This document shows, piece after piece, positions 15,812-24,268 of a stretch of DNA of 64,000 nucleotides. The notes under the pieces were generated by a model. It saw only the letters and a program-made list of their open reading frames with translations. It searched no databases and was not told where the DNA came from. Within the stretch, counting starts at the first letter, position 1, and every line of letters begins with the position of its first letter. Both the position numbers and the translations under genes were made by a program. This stretch comes from Alphaproteobacteria bacterium (GTDB lineage Bacteria > Pseudomonadota > Alphaproteobacteria > Micavibrionales > Micavibrionaceae). Location of the stretch: assembly GCA_020848095.1 (NCBI GenBank), contig JADLAT010000002.1:21293-85292 (forward strand), written 5' to 3'.

Positions 15812-18800
15812 CTAAACCACGCTCATCTGTCCATTAGAGAGCAGCACCTGCAAATCAAGACCAGCTTGACCTTCAACACGGACGAGGTCCTGCCAGTCAT
15901 AATTGGTGGCGCTGCCATCCCGGTCAATCTTGATAATCACATCACTGCCGGTATCCGTGGCCTGCACAAAATCAGAAAGCGTAGAGCTCAAAGGATCGTA
16001 ACCAGACAACATATTCTCAATAGAAAGACTATCGGCCGCGCCACCAGTGCCCCAATCACGAATAATGTCTGTGTCATCAATTAAGCCGTTTTCATTGAAT
16101 ATGGCGTTGCCATCAAAATGGAAGACATCGCTGCCTGTGCCGCCAAAGAGATAATCCAGCCCCTCCCCGCCATAGAGATGATCAGCGCCATCAAGACCAT
16201 ATAAAATGTCATTCGCCGTGCCGCCATAAAGCGTGTCGTTACCGGCATCGCCGCGCAGCTCATCATCCCCGGCACCGCCATAGAGCATGTCATCGCCAGC
16301 CTCACCGCGCAGATAATCATCACCGGATTCACCATAGAGATTATCGGCGCCTTCACCGCCATAAATACTGTCATTATCAAAGCCGCCATAAAGAGCGTCT
16401 GCACCATCGCCCCCGATCAACTTATCAGCGCCATCACCGCCATAGAGCGTGTCGTCGCCGGCCTCACCCCGTAGCTCATCCAGCCCCGCGCCGCCAGAAA
16501 GGATGTCATCACCATCGCCGCCATAAATCTTGTCAGCACCGGCATCACCGTAAAGGGAATCATCACCGCCAAAGCCCTTGATTTCATCATCACCCTCCCC
16601 GCCAAAAGCGGTATCATTAGCGTTCGAGCTGCCATCATCCGCTAAAATCGTATCATTGCCGCTACCACCGTAAATGGTATCAGCCCCGTCACCACCGCGA
16701 ATAGTATCATTCCCCCCGCGCGCATGGATAACATCATCCAGGGCTTTACCGCGCAGCTCTTCCCCCGCATTGGAGCCCAGAATAAAATCTGCCAGAGCGC
16801 CCGGCACATCACCATTCGCTATACCGCCAGAACCATCAGCAATAACCCACGCAGCAAAGCCCGATATATCCAGCGTTGTACCATCAGACAATGCGAGTGT
16901 TTCAATTACGGCTGCGCCCGCCAGAAGCTGGTCTTTCAATACCAGTCTGTTCGCAGCATTACCGGCAACCGTAATTACAAGATCATTACCACTAACGCTA
17001 AACCCAAGGTCTTCTATTGTAATTCCTTGAGCAAACGCAACGCTATCAATGCCGCTAATATCGGTAATTGTGTCCAACCCAATTGTGTAGAAATATCTAT
17101 CATCGCCCGCGCCGCCGGAAAGGGTGTCACCCCCCTCACCGCCATACAAAATGTCATTGCCATTGCCGCCTTGCAGGGTATCATTACCGCCCCCGCCAAC
17201 CAGCGTGTCATGACCTGCGCCGCCATTCAAAACATCATTACCGCCAAGGCCAATCAAAATATCATCGCCCGCGCCGCCAGTTTTAACATCATTACCAGCA
17301 GAACCCATGACCCAGTTTGCGAACTGCGCAAAGTTAAACCGAAAGCCATCTCCCAGCTCTATAAATTCAATCTTGACGTTACTGGCGCTGTTCTGGCCAT
17401 AAATAAGGGTAGAGGACGCGCCGCCATCAAGCGTGATTTCCAGATTATTACTGTTGGCCGCATTCGCAGCAAAACTGATATTCTCCAGACTCACGCCGCC
17501 GGAAAGCTTTAACACATCCGCGCTACCGGAAGAATCCAGAATATTGTCATTTCCAGCGCTCAGGACATACACATCATCGCCATCATAACCGCGCAGCGTA
17601 TCATCGCCCGCGCCACCATTCAGGATGTCATTGCCAGCATCCCCGTGCAAAGCGTCGTTGCCCTCATCGCCATTCAGAACGTCATCGCCTTTACCGCCGC
17701 GCAGCGTATCATTGCCCGCGCCGCCGTTGAGAACATCATCACTGCTATAGGTATCATTGTCAGAATTACCACCATTCAGCGTATCATTGCCATCGCCCCC
17801 ATAAAGCACGTCATTGTCTTCGCGGCCATAGAGCTTGTCATCACCGGCATCACCATAGATCGTATCCTGACCTTCACCGCCGCGAATAATATCATTCCCG
17901 GCATCACCATGCAGTTCATCATTCCCGTCATCGCCATAGACATTGATATCATCACCAGCGCCGGCATAAATAATATCGTTCCCACCATTGCCGCGCAGCG
18001 TATCATTGCCCGCACCGCCATAAAGCGTGTCACCACCTTCATTACCAAAGATTTGATCATCACCGCCATCGCCGTGAAGGATATCTGCGCCACGATTGCC
18101 GCGCAGCAAATCATTACCCTCACCACCGTTGATGATGTCATCATCATCATCGCCGCGCAGCGTATCTGCGCCCGCACCGCCATTTAAGGTGTCGTTACCT
18201 TTACCGCCATAGCCCTCATCGTTCCCATCATCACTATTGATAATATCGTCACCGTCCTTGCCGAACAACTTGTCATGCCCGCCAAGGCCGTAGATGACAT
18301 CATCGCCATCGCCCCCCACAATATTATCGCCACTCGAGGTGCCGTTGATAACATTCAGGGTTGTCAGCGGTATAAAAACGCCCGCAGAAAAATCATACGT
18401 ACCATCAGAAAATTGAGCATACTCAACCTCGTATAACCAGTCCACCCCGTCTAATCCAACATTATCTGTTATTTTCATAGCATTGACAGCATCTAGAATT
18501 GAATAATTTTGTGAAAAGCCCGAAAACACAGCCGTATCCTGCCCTAAGTCAGAACTATAAGAGTCGCCGCCATACAAAAAATCATTGCCTGCCCCACCAT
18601 CAAGAAAATCATCCCCAAACCCGCCATAAAGCGTATCATCTCCCGCTCCGCCATGAAGCTCATCATTACCGAGTCCTCCATCTAGTGTATCATTCCCCTC
18701 GTTTCCCAAAAGCGTGTCTTTACCAGACCCACCCAAAAGCCTACTACCAAAAGATCCCGCGATCAGCAAATCATCCCCAGTCCCGCCTTCTATGTGCCTT

Positions 18801-21409
18801 ACAGTGTCACCACCTGTGAGCTTGTCATTACCTGCTGCGCCCATTAAATACCCAAATGAAGTTGTTGCTGTATTTGCATCTATAACATCATCACCTGGCG
18901 TACCCTTTAGCTCATAAGGCGTTCCACGAATCCCTCTGTTATTCGGGTTATAAGCCCTAAGCACGTAATTTTCATCAAAATATCGCCCATCGGAAAATAC
19001 AATTTCAGGTGCTTCAGTAAAATTATCAGCCTTAAGCAAATCTGTAATAAAAATGGAGCCACGACCAATAACCTGAACAGATAAATCAAAGTGTATTCGC
19101 CCAAGTTCATCAACAGGCTCAACATTAACTTCATTAATTCTCACATCACCGGGCTCAATGAGGTGTTCCATAAACAAGACCCTAAGGTTATCGGGCCCAC
19201 CACCTGTAGAAATCACGTCATTACCACCACGGTAAGTAATAACATTGTTAGTCCTCAACGTAACGTGATCATCTCCCAACCCCAATTTAGCATAACCTGA
19301 ATCATTGAGGATGATATTGTCTCCATTGTTAGTGCCAATAATAACGGCAAACTGATCAACGCTATCTGTGTTTATACCATCAGTAACTTTCCCTGTTATA
19401 AAGTTGGCGGTGATACTTCGCTCTAGAGAAGAGTAGTCGTATGTTGCTCCTCCTTGATAAACTCGACCAAGATCATGAATTTCAATGACGGACCCTCGGT
19501 TAATATCATTTATTGTTTTTATAATTTCGACATTTATAACCTCTATAGCACCCTCTATTTCGATCTTATCAGTGCTCACAATCATGTCAGAACTCTCAAC
19601 AATTAGTGTATCAATTCCATCTCCACCATCATAAATCCGCCCCCCCAAATATAAACTATTGGTCGCAACAAAAATTTCATCATCAAAAGAAGTCGCTATG
19701 ATCCGTTCCATTCCATCAGCATCTTCCTGCGCACCACTGCCGTCTATGATGTCCGAAAATCTCGTAATTTGAATTCTTGCGGCCTCATCAGCATAGCTCA
19801 GCGTATCAAACCCTAAACCGCTGATGAACCTATCTACTCCTGCCCCGCCAATATAGATATCATTCCCAAAACCACCATACAGAATATCATCACCATCTCC
19901 GCCAACTAGGATATCATCCCCAGCACCACCGTTAAGGATATCGTTACCCATCTCTCCATAGAGCGTATCCTGCCCCTCTCCACCATGCAGAAAATCGGCG
20001 CTGGAACCGCCCCTGAGCGTATCGGCACCGCCCATTCCAAATTGTACTTGAGAGCCAAAAACGGTTTGCGTATTATCATCTCCCGCAGAGCCAACATAAT
20101 ACGTAAAGGATTGATCAAGTGTTGTCATCTCCCCCTCCTGCAACGCAAAAACAACCCGATCGGGAAAAACCACGCCTTGGGATGACAATGACATCGTACT
20201 ATAGATATTATTATAATCACCAGCGTGATTAAGGATGCCATTAAAGATAGCATCTCTGGCAACAATACGTGCGTCAAGACCACCCAGACCCACAGTATCT
20301 AGCCAGTAAGGCACGCTTAGATCAATAGAGAGACTATGTTCTGTCGCATTATTGGTGAAAGTCAAAAGACCATCTAGAGCGGGGTCACCCGCGCCAGCAC
20401 TCCTATCCTTCGCCAGCGCCAATCCCCCGGCGAAGGCGACGATATTTTTGCTGATATCGGTGCCGAGCGTTTCAACCACACTGCCCGCCCCTGCAAGGGT
20501 TATCGCACTGCCCAGATTATTCGCATCGTTATACAGCGCCCGAATAGCTGTATCACCGAACGGGCGTGTTGTGCCTTCGTCAATGGCGGAATAGGCGAGG
20601 ATGGTGCGTAATTTATCAGACGGCGAACTTGCGCCAGCCAAATCAACCCCAATAGATGTGGCAAACGTGTCATCGTATAAAACATCCCACATATATGAAG
20701 AGGCCGCCTTCCAATCCGTCTGCGCCCCGATTTCTGTCTTCGCATAAAGCCCCAAAACGAGCGTAGCTTGCGAGTGCAGATCAACAGCACCTAAATTCGA
20801 CTTATCACCAATATCGACATTAACCAAAGTACTTGGATTGCTAGGAGAAAAAGGTGTCATACCACTTAAAACTTCCCCCTCAACACGATAGGCACCGATA
20901 AAAATATTGCTGTAATCGCTAACCAATTCCGATGCCGCATCTTCATAATCCATGGAATCGTATATTAAAGCCCGCACTGCACTTGGCTGGCCGCTGATCG
21001 CCGCCACCAGCCCCGCCAGCCCGCCGCCCAAGGAATGACCCGTTGTTGTAATGGACGTGCTGGTTGCATTGACAACTTCGTTGTAAAAATCGATTGCCAT
21101 CTGCCCTTGCGCCCCTTCAAAACCACCGCCAAGCGGCCAGCCGTGAAGACCATCCTTCACCAAATCATCCGTACCGCGATACGCAATGGTCGTCTGCCCG
21201 TCATAACTATACGCCAAGGCGTAGAAACTTATATTTTCTGCATCCGCTTGACCCTTCGTCTGCAAAATTGTTGCAGTACCTATTTGAGTAGTTGGAAGAT
21301 CAAATGAATAGTTGTTCGTTCCAGGGTTATCTCCAAAAATCAAACCTGCACCATACCCACGGTTATAGGCATCCATACTTAATATTGCGTGCATCAAAGC
21401 ATTGTTCAT
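15812..21409 (-). CDS. Class-3 lipase domain fused to a very long RTX (hemolysin-type Ca-binding) repeat region, with a type I secretion C-terminal target domain
   Basis: N-terminus: ILSMDAYNRGY...ISFYALAYSYDGQTTIAYRGTDD...TTTGHSLGGGLAG (nucleophile elbow) ...GAVDLHS. Then dozens of GG.G.D.L nonapeptides. C-terminus: DIIRDWGTGGAADSLSIENMLSGYDP...VIIKIDRDGSATNYDWQDLVRVEGQAGLDLQVLLSNGQMSVV, resembling the VC_A0849-type T1SS target domain. Confidence 0.85.
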   Translation of the reverse strand: MNNALMHAILSMDAYNRGYGAGLIFGDNPGTNNYSFDLPTTQIGTATILQTKGQADAENISFYALAYSYDGQTTIAYRGTDDLVKDGLHGWPLGGGFEGAQGQMAIDFYNEVVNATSTSITTTGHSLGGGLAGLVAAISGQPSAVRALIYDSMDYEDAASELVSDYSNIFIGAYRVEGEVLSGMTPFSPSNPSTLVNVDIGDKSNLGAVDLHSQATLVLGLYAKTEIGAQTDWKAASSYMWDVLYDDTFATSIGVDLAGASSPSDKLRTILAYSAIDEGTTRPFGDTAIRALYNDANNLGSAITLAGAGSVVETLGTDISKNIVAFAGGLALAKDRSAGAGDPALDGLLTFTNNATEHSLSIDLSVPYWLDTVGLGGLDARIVARDAIFNGILNHAGDYNNIYSTMSLSSQGVVFPDRVVFALQEGEMTTLDQSFTYYVGSAGDDNTQTVFGSQVQFGMGGADTLRGGSSADFLHGGEGQDTLYGEMGNDILNGGAGDDILVGGDGDDILYGGFGNDIYIGGAGVDRFISGLGFDTLSYADEAARIQITRFSDIIDGSGAQEDADGMERIIATSFDDEIFVATNSLYLGGRIYDGGDGIDTLIVESSDMIVSTDKIEIEGAIEVINVEIIKTINDINRGSVIEIHDLGRVYQGGATYDYSSLERSITANFITGKVTDGINTDSVDQFAVIIGTNNGDNIILNDSGYAKLGLGDDHVTLRTNNVITYRGGNDVISTGGGPDNLRVLFMEHLIEPGDVRINEVNVEPVDELGRIHFDLSVQVIGRGSIFITDLLKADNFTEAPEIVFSDGRYFDENYVLRAYNPNNRGIRGTPYELKGTPGDDVIDANTATTSFGYLMGAAGNDKLTGGDTVRHIEGGTGDDLLIAGSFGSRLLGGSGKDTLLGNEGNDTLDGGLGNDELHGGAGDDTLYGGFGDDFLDGGAGNDFLYGGDSYSSDLGQDTAVFSGFSQNYSILDAVNAMKITDNVGLDGVDWLYEVEYAQFSDGTYDFSAGVFIPLTTLNVINGTSSGDNIVGGDGDDVIYGLGGHDKLFGKDGDDIINSDDGNDEGYGGKGNDTLNGGAGADTLRGDDDDDIINGGEGNDLLRGNRGADILHGDGGDDQIFGNEGGDTLYGGAGNDTLRGNGGNDIIYAGAGDDINVYGDDGNDELHGDAGNDIIRGGEGQDTIYGDAGDDKLYGREDNDVLYGGDGNDTLNGGNSDNDTYSSDDVLNGGAGNDTLRGGKGDDVLNGDEGNDALHGDAGNDILNGGAGDDTLRGYDGDDVYVLSAGNDNILDSSGSADVLKLSGGVSLENISFAANAANSNNLEITLDGGASSTLIYGQNSASNVKIEFIELGDGFRFNFAQFANWVMGSAGNDVKTGGAGDDILIGLGGNDVLNGGAGHDTLVGGGGNDTLQGGNGNDILYGGEGGDTLSGGAGDDRYFYTIGLDTITDISGIDSVAFAQGITIEDLGFSVSGNDLVITVAGNAANRLVLKDQLLAGAAVIETLALSDGTTLDISGFAAWVIADGSGGIANGDVPGALADFILGSNAGEELRGKALDDVIHARGGNDTIRGGDGADTIYGGSGNDTILADDGSSNANDTAFGGEGDDEIKGFGGDDSLYGDAGADKIYGGDGDDILSGGAGLDELRGEAGDDTLYGGDGADKLIGGDGADALYGGFDNDSIYGGEGADNLYGESGDDYLRGEAGDDMLYGGAGDDELRGDAGNDTLYGGTANDILYGLDGADHLYGGEGLDYLFGGTGSDVFHFDGNAIFNENGLIDDTDIIRDWGTGGAADSLSIENMLSGYDPLSSTLSDFVQATDTGSDVIIKIDRDGSATNYDWQDLVRVEGQAGLDLQVLLSNGQMSVV

Positions 21410-22122
21410 TTCTCTTCTCCTTGCTTAAATCTTCCATAGTGTAAAATATTTGATAATTTCAATGAATGTGTTGTTTTGCTACCATCCAAAGTTCCTTGTT
21501 TCACTTGAGGCAACCAAGGAAGAATTTCATTTATTTTCCACGTCACCGGCTCATCCACAATCTCGATGACTATGTCTTTGATTTGCATACCATCACCAAA
21601 CTGTTCTGCAAATCGCCTGACAGGCACTTGTTTTTGTGTCTCTGAATTGAATTTCCAGCCTTGAACAAGCGTCACAGATTTCGGATCATCCCTCTCTGTA
21701 AAAGTTACAAACATCGGCCAGTTCTCTTCCGGCAATGCTGCCTTTGCCCCTGTTTTTAGCCTGTCAAAACCTTCTGTGGTATTGGAAGCATTTGCAACGC
21801 CAAATGCGCTATATAGTTCTCCGTACGATCCATGCTCGATAAGCCCAAAAACCACGCCGCGCGCTCCTAAATCCACCACAACCGCTTCACCCTTAACGCT
21901 GCTGATCCGTGCGCCCGCTTCCGGAATTTTTTCACCAAATATCGTGTTATCACGGTTCGTGACCTCCCGCACCGCCGAGCCACTTTTGATCCCCTCCGGC
22001 GTTTCAATATTGATCGTTATTTTGTAATTCCAGGAATATTGATCAAGACCAACTTGAACAGCCGCATAAGCCGCAACAACGCTGACGACTAAAATCCCCA
22101 AAGCAATGAAACTTACTTTCAT
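21406..22122 (-). CDS. Signal-anchored hypothetical protein, partner 1 (candidate cognate immunity/accessory protein of the lipase)
   Basis: N-terminal TM/signal segment MKVSFIALGILVVSVVAAYAA. ATGA overlaps at both ends (22119-22122 and 21406-21409). Paralogous to 22666-23382, sharing YSW.YK.T..IETPEGI.SGSAVREV and GEAVVVDLG.RG. No known family recognised. Confidence 0.6.
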   Translation of the reverse strand: MKVSFIALGILVVSVVAAYAAVQVGLDQYSWNYKITINIETPEGIKSGSAVREVTNRDNTIFGEKIPEAGARISSVKGEAVVVDLGARGVVFGLIEHGSYGELYSAFGVANASNTTEGFDRLKTGAKAALPEENWPMFVTFTERDDPKSVTLVQGWKFNSETQKQVPVRRFAEQFGDGMQIKDIVIEIVDEPVTWKINEILPWLPQVKQGTLDGSKTTHSLKLSNILHYGRFKQGEEK

Positions 22123-22676
22123 GCTGCTTTCCTTACATCTTGTTCATTGTCATTCACGGCTTTAGCATAAAGCATGTCTTCCCGCTCCGCCAGCCCGCCA
22201 CCGAGAGAGTGACCTGTCAGGCTCACATCCCCCGAATAAATATTACCAAGACCGCCGCCGAGAGAATGCCCGGTAAAAGAGATATCGGCCGTATAGGAAT
22301 TTTCCTGACCGCCAATTACATTATGATAAAACGCGAAGGCCATTTGCGCCTGCCGGGCCTGTGTCGACCCGCCACCAATGAACCAGCCATTCCAGACATC
22401 ACCATCAGTCCACAGGCTGGTCCAGCTGCCAAAGGGATCGTCCGTCCCGCGATAGGAGATGATCTTTTTACCGTTATAATCATATGCAAGGGCATAAAAG
22501 CTAATATCGTCATCCAACCTATCATTTCCGTCCTGAAAAATCCTAGAATCAACTACTATGGTTGCATTGCCAACTTGCACTCCAAAATCGCTGGGCAACT
22601 CAATAGCGCGATCATACCCCCTATTGTATGAGTCCATGGATAGAATAGCATTGAAGACATTAAGATTAAGTGTCAT
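22119..22676 (-). CDS. Truncated class-3 lipase N-terminal cassette (L2); ends shortly after a duplicated GHSLGGGL motif and lacks the Asp/His part
   Basis: Aligns with residues ~1-135 of the 1,865-aa protein (AILSMDSYNRGY, ISFYALAYDYNGKKIISYRGTDD). It then reads FTGHSLGGGLGNIYSGDVSLTGHSLGGGLAERE... and stops. Confidence 0.7.
   Translation of the reverse strand: MTLNLNVFNAILSMDSYNRGYDRAIELPSDFGVQVGNATIVVDSRIFQDGNDRLDDDISFYALAYDYNGKKIISYRGTDDPFGSWTSLWTDGDVWNGWFIGGGSTQARQAQMAFAFYHNVIGGQENSYTADISFTGHSLGGGLGNIYSGDVSLTGHSLGGGLAEREDMLYAKAVNDNEQDVRKAA
22204..22257. repeat. 54-nt repeat, copy A, spanning lipase nucleophile-motif codons
   Basis: 51 of 54 positions are identical to 23475-23528 in my hand alignment. 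It encodes GNIYS(G/A)DVSLTGHSL. Confidence 0.85.
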
Positions 22677-23382
22677 TTTTTCTCCCTATTTTAAATTGAA
22701 GCAAATCAGCTTTTAGCATTTTTTCTTTTAAACTAGCTTCTTGCCACCACTCTTTAAAATTTTCGTAATATTCATCCGTTAAATATTCATCAATTTTTTG
22801 AGTGATTGACTCCTCCGTCATTTCAACTGTAATGCTCTTTAACCTCACGCCTCCTCCGAAATATTCCTCAAAACTGTCAACTTGATCTTGTCCGTTTGCA
22901 TATGTTTTATCAACATAAACAAGCTTTACAGTTTTTGGATCGTTCATATCTGTGAACGTTACCATTTTGGGACAATAAGGATGGCCATCACATTTAAATT
23001 CCGTCTTACTTCCAACAGGTAATTTTGCAGCATTTTCATATCCTGTAACATCAAAAGCACGCAAAACATCGGCATAAGCCCTATCATCGATCAAAGCAAA
23101 AATCTTGCCGCGCTCACCAAGGTCAACAACGACAGCCTCTCCGGAAACATTTCTTTTTGTCGAATAATGAGGCTTCTTATTAACATCACTCCAACCAATT
23201 ACTTTTTGGGTAATATCAACCTCCCGCACCGCAGAGCCGCTTCTGATCCCCTCCGGCGTTTCAATCTCCACCGTCATTTTATAGCGCCAGCTATAAACCT
23301 TATCCTGCTCCCGTTGCGATGCCGCAAACGCCACAGCCCCCGCAATCAGAACAAGTGCCAGTGTCATAAATCCATATTTCAT
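22666..23382 (-). CDS. Signal-anchored hypothetical protein, partner 2 (paralogue of 21406-22122)
   Basis: ATG 23382 is preceded by GAGGGA; the ORF track starts at 23400. TM/signal segment MKYGFMTLALVLIAGAVAFA. Shares the ETPEGIRSGSAVREV and GEAVVVDLGERG blocks with partner 1. Its 3' end overlaps the start of L2 by 11 nt. Confidence 0.6.
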   Translation of the reverse strand: MKYGFMTLALVLIAGAVAFAASQREQDKVYSWRYKMTVEIETPEGIRSGSAVREVDITQKVIGWSDVNKKPHYSTKRNVSGEAVVVDLGERGKIFALIDDRAYADVLRAFDVTGYENAAKLPVGSKTEFKCDGHPYCPKMVTFTDMNDPKTVKLVYVDKTYANGQDQVDSFEEYFGGGVRLKSITVEMTEESITQKIDEYLTDEYYENFKEWWQEASLKEKMLKADLLQFKIGRKNDT

Positions 23383-23413
23383 GAATTCCCTCGTTCGCAT
23401 AATTTATTCAGCA

Positions 23414-23699
23414 CTAATGTATGGTTGTGTGTGTGTCAAACTTTTTACTGACCATCCCACCAAGACCACCACCAAGAGAGTGACCTGTCAGGCTCACATC
23501 AGCCGAATAAATATTACCAAAACCGCCGACGACTTTCTGATAAAACGCGAAAGCCAATACACCTTGGTCGACATCCGGCGCCCCAACACCAACACCATAA
23601 CGATGCAAAGTATCTAAAGGTACATTATCCGCCCCCCCGGTAAGCGATAATAGTTCCCGCACCGCCTATATTATAAGAACCGCTACAGCCTGATGAGAA
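23414..23699 (-). pseudogene. Third class-3 lipase 5' cassette (L3): lacks its own N-terminus, frameshifted, ends after GHSLGGGL
   Basis: In one frame, ...SYNIGGAGTIIAYRGGG stops. In the next frame, GADNVPLDTLHRYGVGVG...AFAFYQKVVGGFGNIYSADVSLTGHSLGGGLGGMV. Together these align with lipase residues ~65-135. The frames join at a C7 run (G7 on the coding strand) at 23632-23638. Confidence 0.7.
23475..23528. repeat. 54-nt repeat, copy B (see 22204-22257)
   Basis: Same as copy A with 3 mismatches. Confidence 0.85.
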
Positions 23700-24098
23700 T
23701 ACGTTTAATTCCAGCCCTTTCATTATTTTATATGCGTAATTATCGCTCCAGCGCTCTTTATTGAGTTCGTGCCATTCCAGCGCCACGGCTTTGAAGGTGT
23801 TCTCTACTTTGCGGATAGCTTGGCGTTTGTTGTCTTCCTTGTGCGCCATGGGGTCTATGGGCGGGTTTTGAAGCAAAAGGCGTTTTGCGTTGTCTCTGGC
23901 CTGCCGCGCCTCTGCCAGCGATATGAGGGGATATTGCCCTATTGAGAAAACCTTCTCTTTTTTCAGGTAACGATATTTGAGTTGCCAGAGCTTTGAGCCG
24001 TTTGTTCTCACCAGAAGGTACAGGCCCCCACCGTCAAACATCTTGTATTGCTTGTCTTTGGGTTTGGCGCTTTTACAGGCTAAATCGCTTAATTTCAT
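23700..24098 (-). pseudogene. int: Tyrosine integrase, P4-like; N-terminal (DUF4102-type) ~133 aa only, catalytic domain missing
   Basis: MKLSDLACKSAKPKDKQYKMFDGGGLYLLVRTNGSKLWQLKYRY...FKAVALEWHE...WSDNYAYKIMKGLELNVF is the typical N-terminus of tRNA-associated island integrases. Homology stops near nt 23700, where the ORF runs into lipase-cassette sequence. Confidence 0.8.
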
Positions 24099-24103
24099 TT
24101 ATA

Positions 24104-24167
24104 TTACCCCCATAATGTGAGCGTTACCCCTATCAATTACCCCCTGATACCCCCAAATTTGAGCGGT
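24104..24167. promoter_or_regulatory. Cluster of TTACCCC/ATACCCC repeats between the integrase start and tRNA-Val (possible arm-type integrase sites and int promoter region)
   Basis: TTACCCC at 24104, 24124 and 24137. ATACCCCC at 24147, followed by AAATTTGAGCGGT. The same motifs recur at 15491-15594. Confidence 0.4.
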
Positions 24168-24268
24168 TAATAATGATCGGTTATGATTAATGATGGAATG
24201 AAAGCTCTTGATAGCCAAGGCTTTTGCGATTAATAATGATTGTGAATGAATGTTAACGAAGAGGGAAA

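Noticed and set aside
16724-18187. Sense-opposite ORFs of 262 aa and 180 aa (16724-17512 and 17645-18187) inside the RTX region.
   Set aside because: They are mirror-frame artefacts of GGxGxD repeat DNA, with Ile/Ala/Thr-rich nonsense translations. The minus-strand RTX frame is continuous and motif-rich.
16100-18300. Highly periodic DNA that could superficially resemble a repeat array or CRISPR.
   Set aside because: The periodicity is 27 nt, matching coding RTX nonapeptide repeats, and it lies in one open frame. There is no repeat-spacer structure, and no CRISPR-like array anywhere in the window.
22119-22676. L2 as an independent functional small lipase.
   Set aside because: It retains the GHSLGG serine but ends about 25 aa later, so it lacks the Asp and His of the catalytic triad. 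The duplicated motif looks like a recombination product. It is kept as a cassette or truncated gene, not an enzyme.
21406-23382. The partner proteins as lipase-specific foldases (Lif).
   Set aside because: Lif proteins are also N-terminally anchored and operon-linked to lipases. However, they are larger helical proteins serving T2SS-secreted family I.1/I.2 lipases, whereas these partners look beta-rich and accompany a T1SS/RTX protein. This remains an alternative hypothesis, but I do not make the call.
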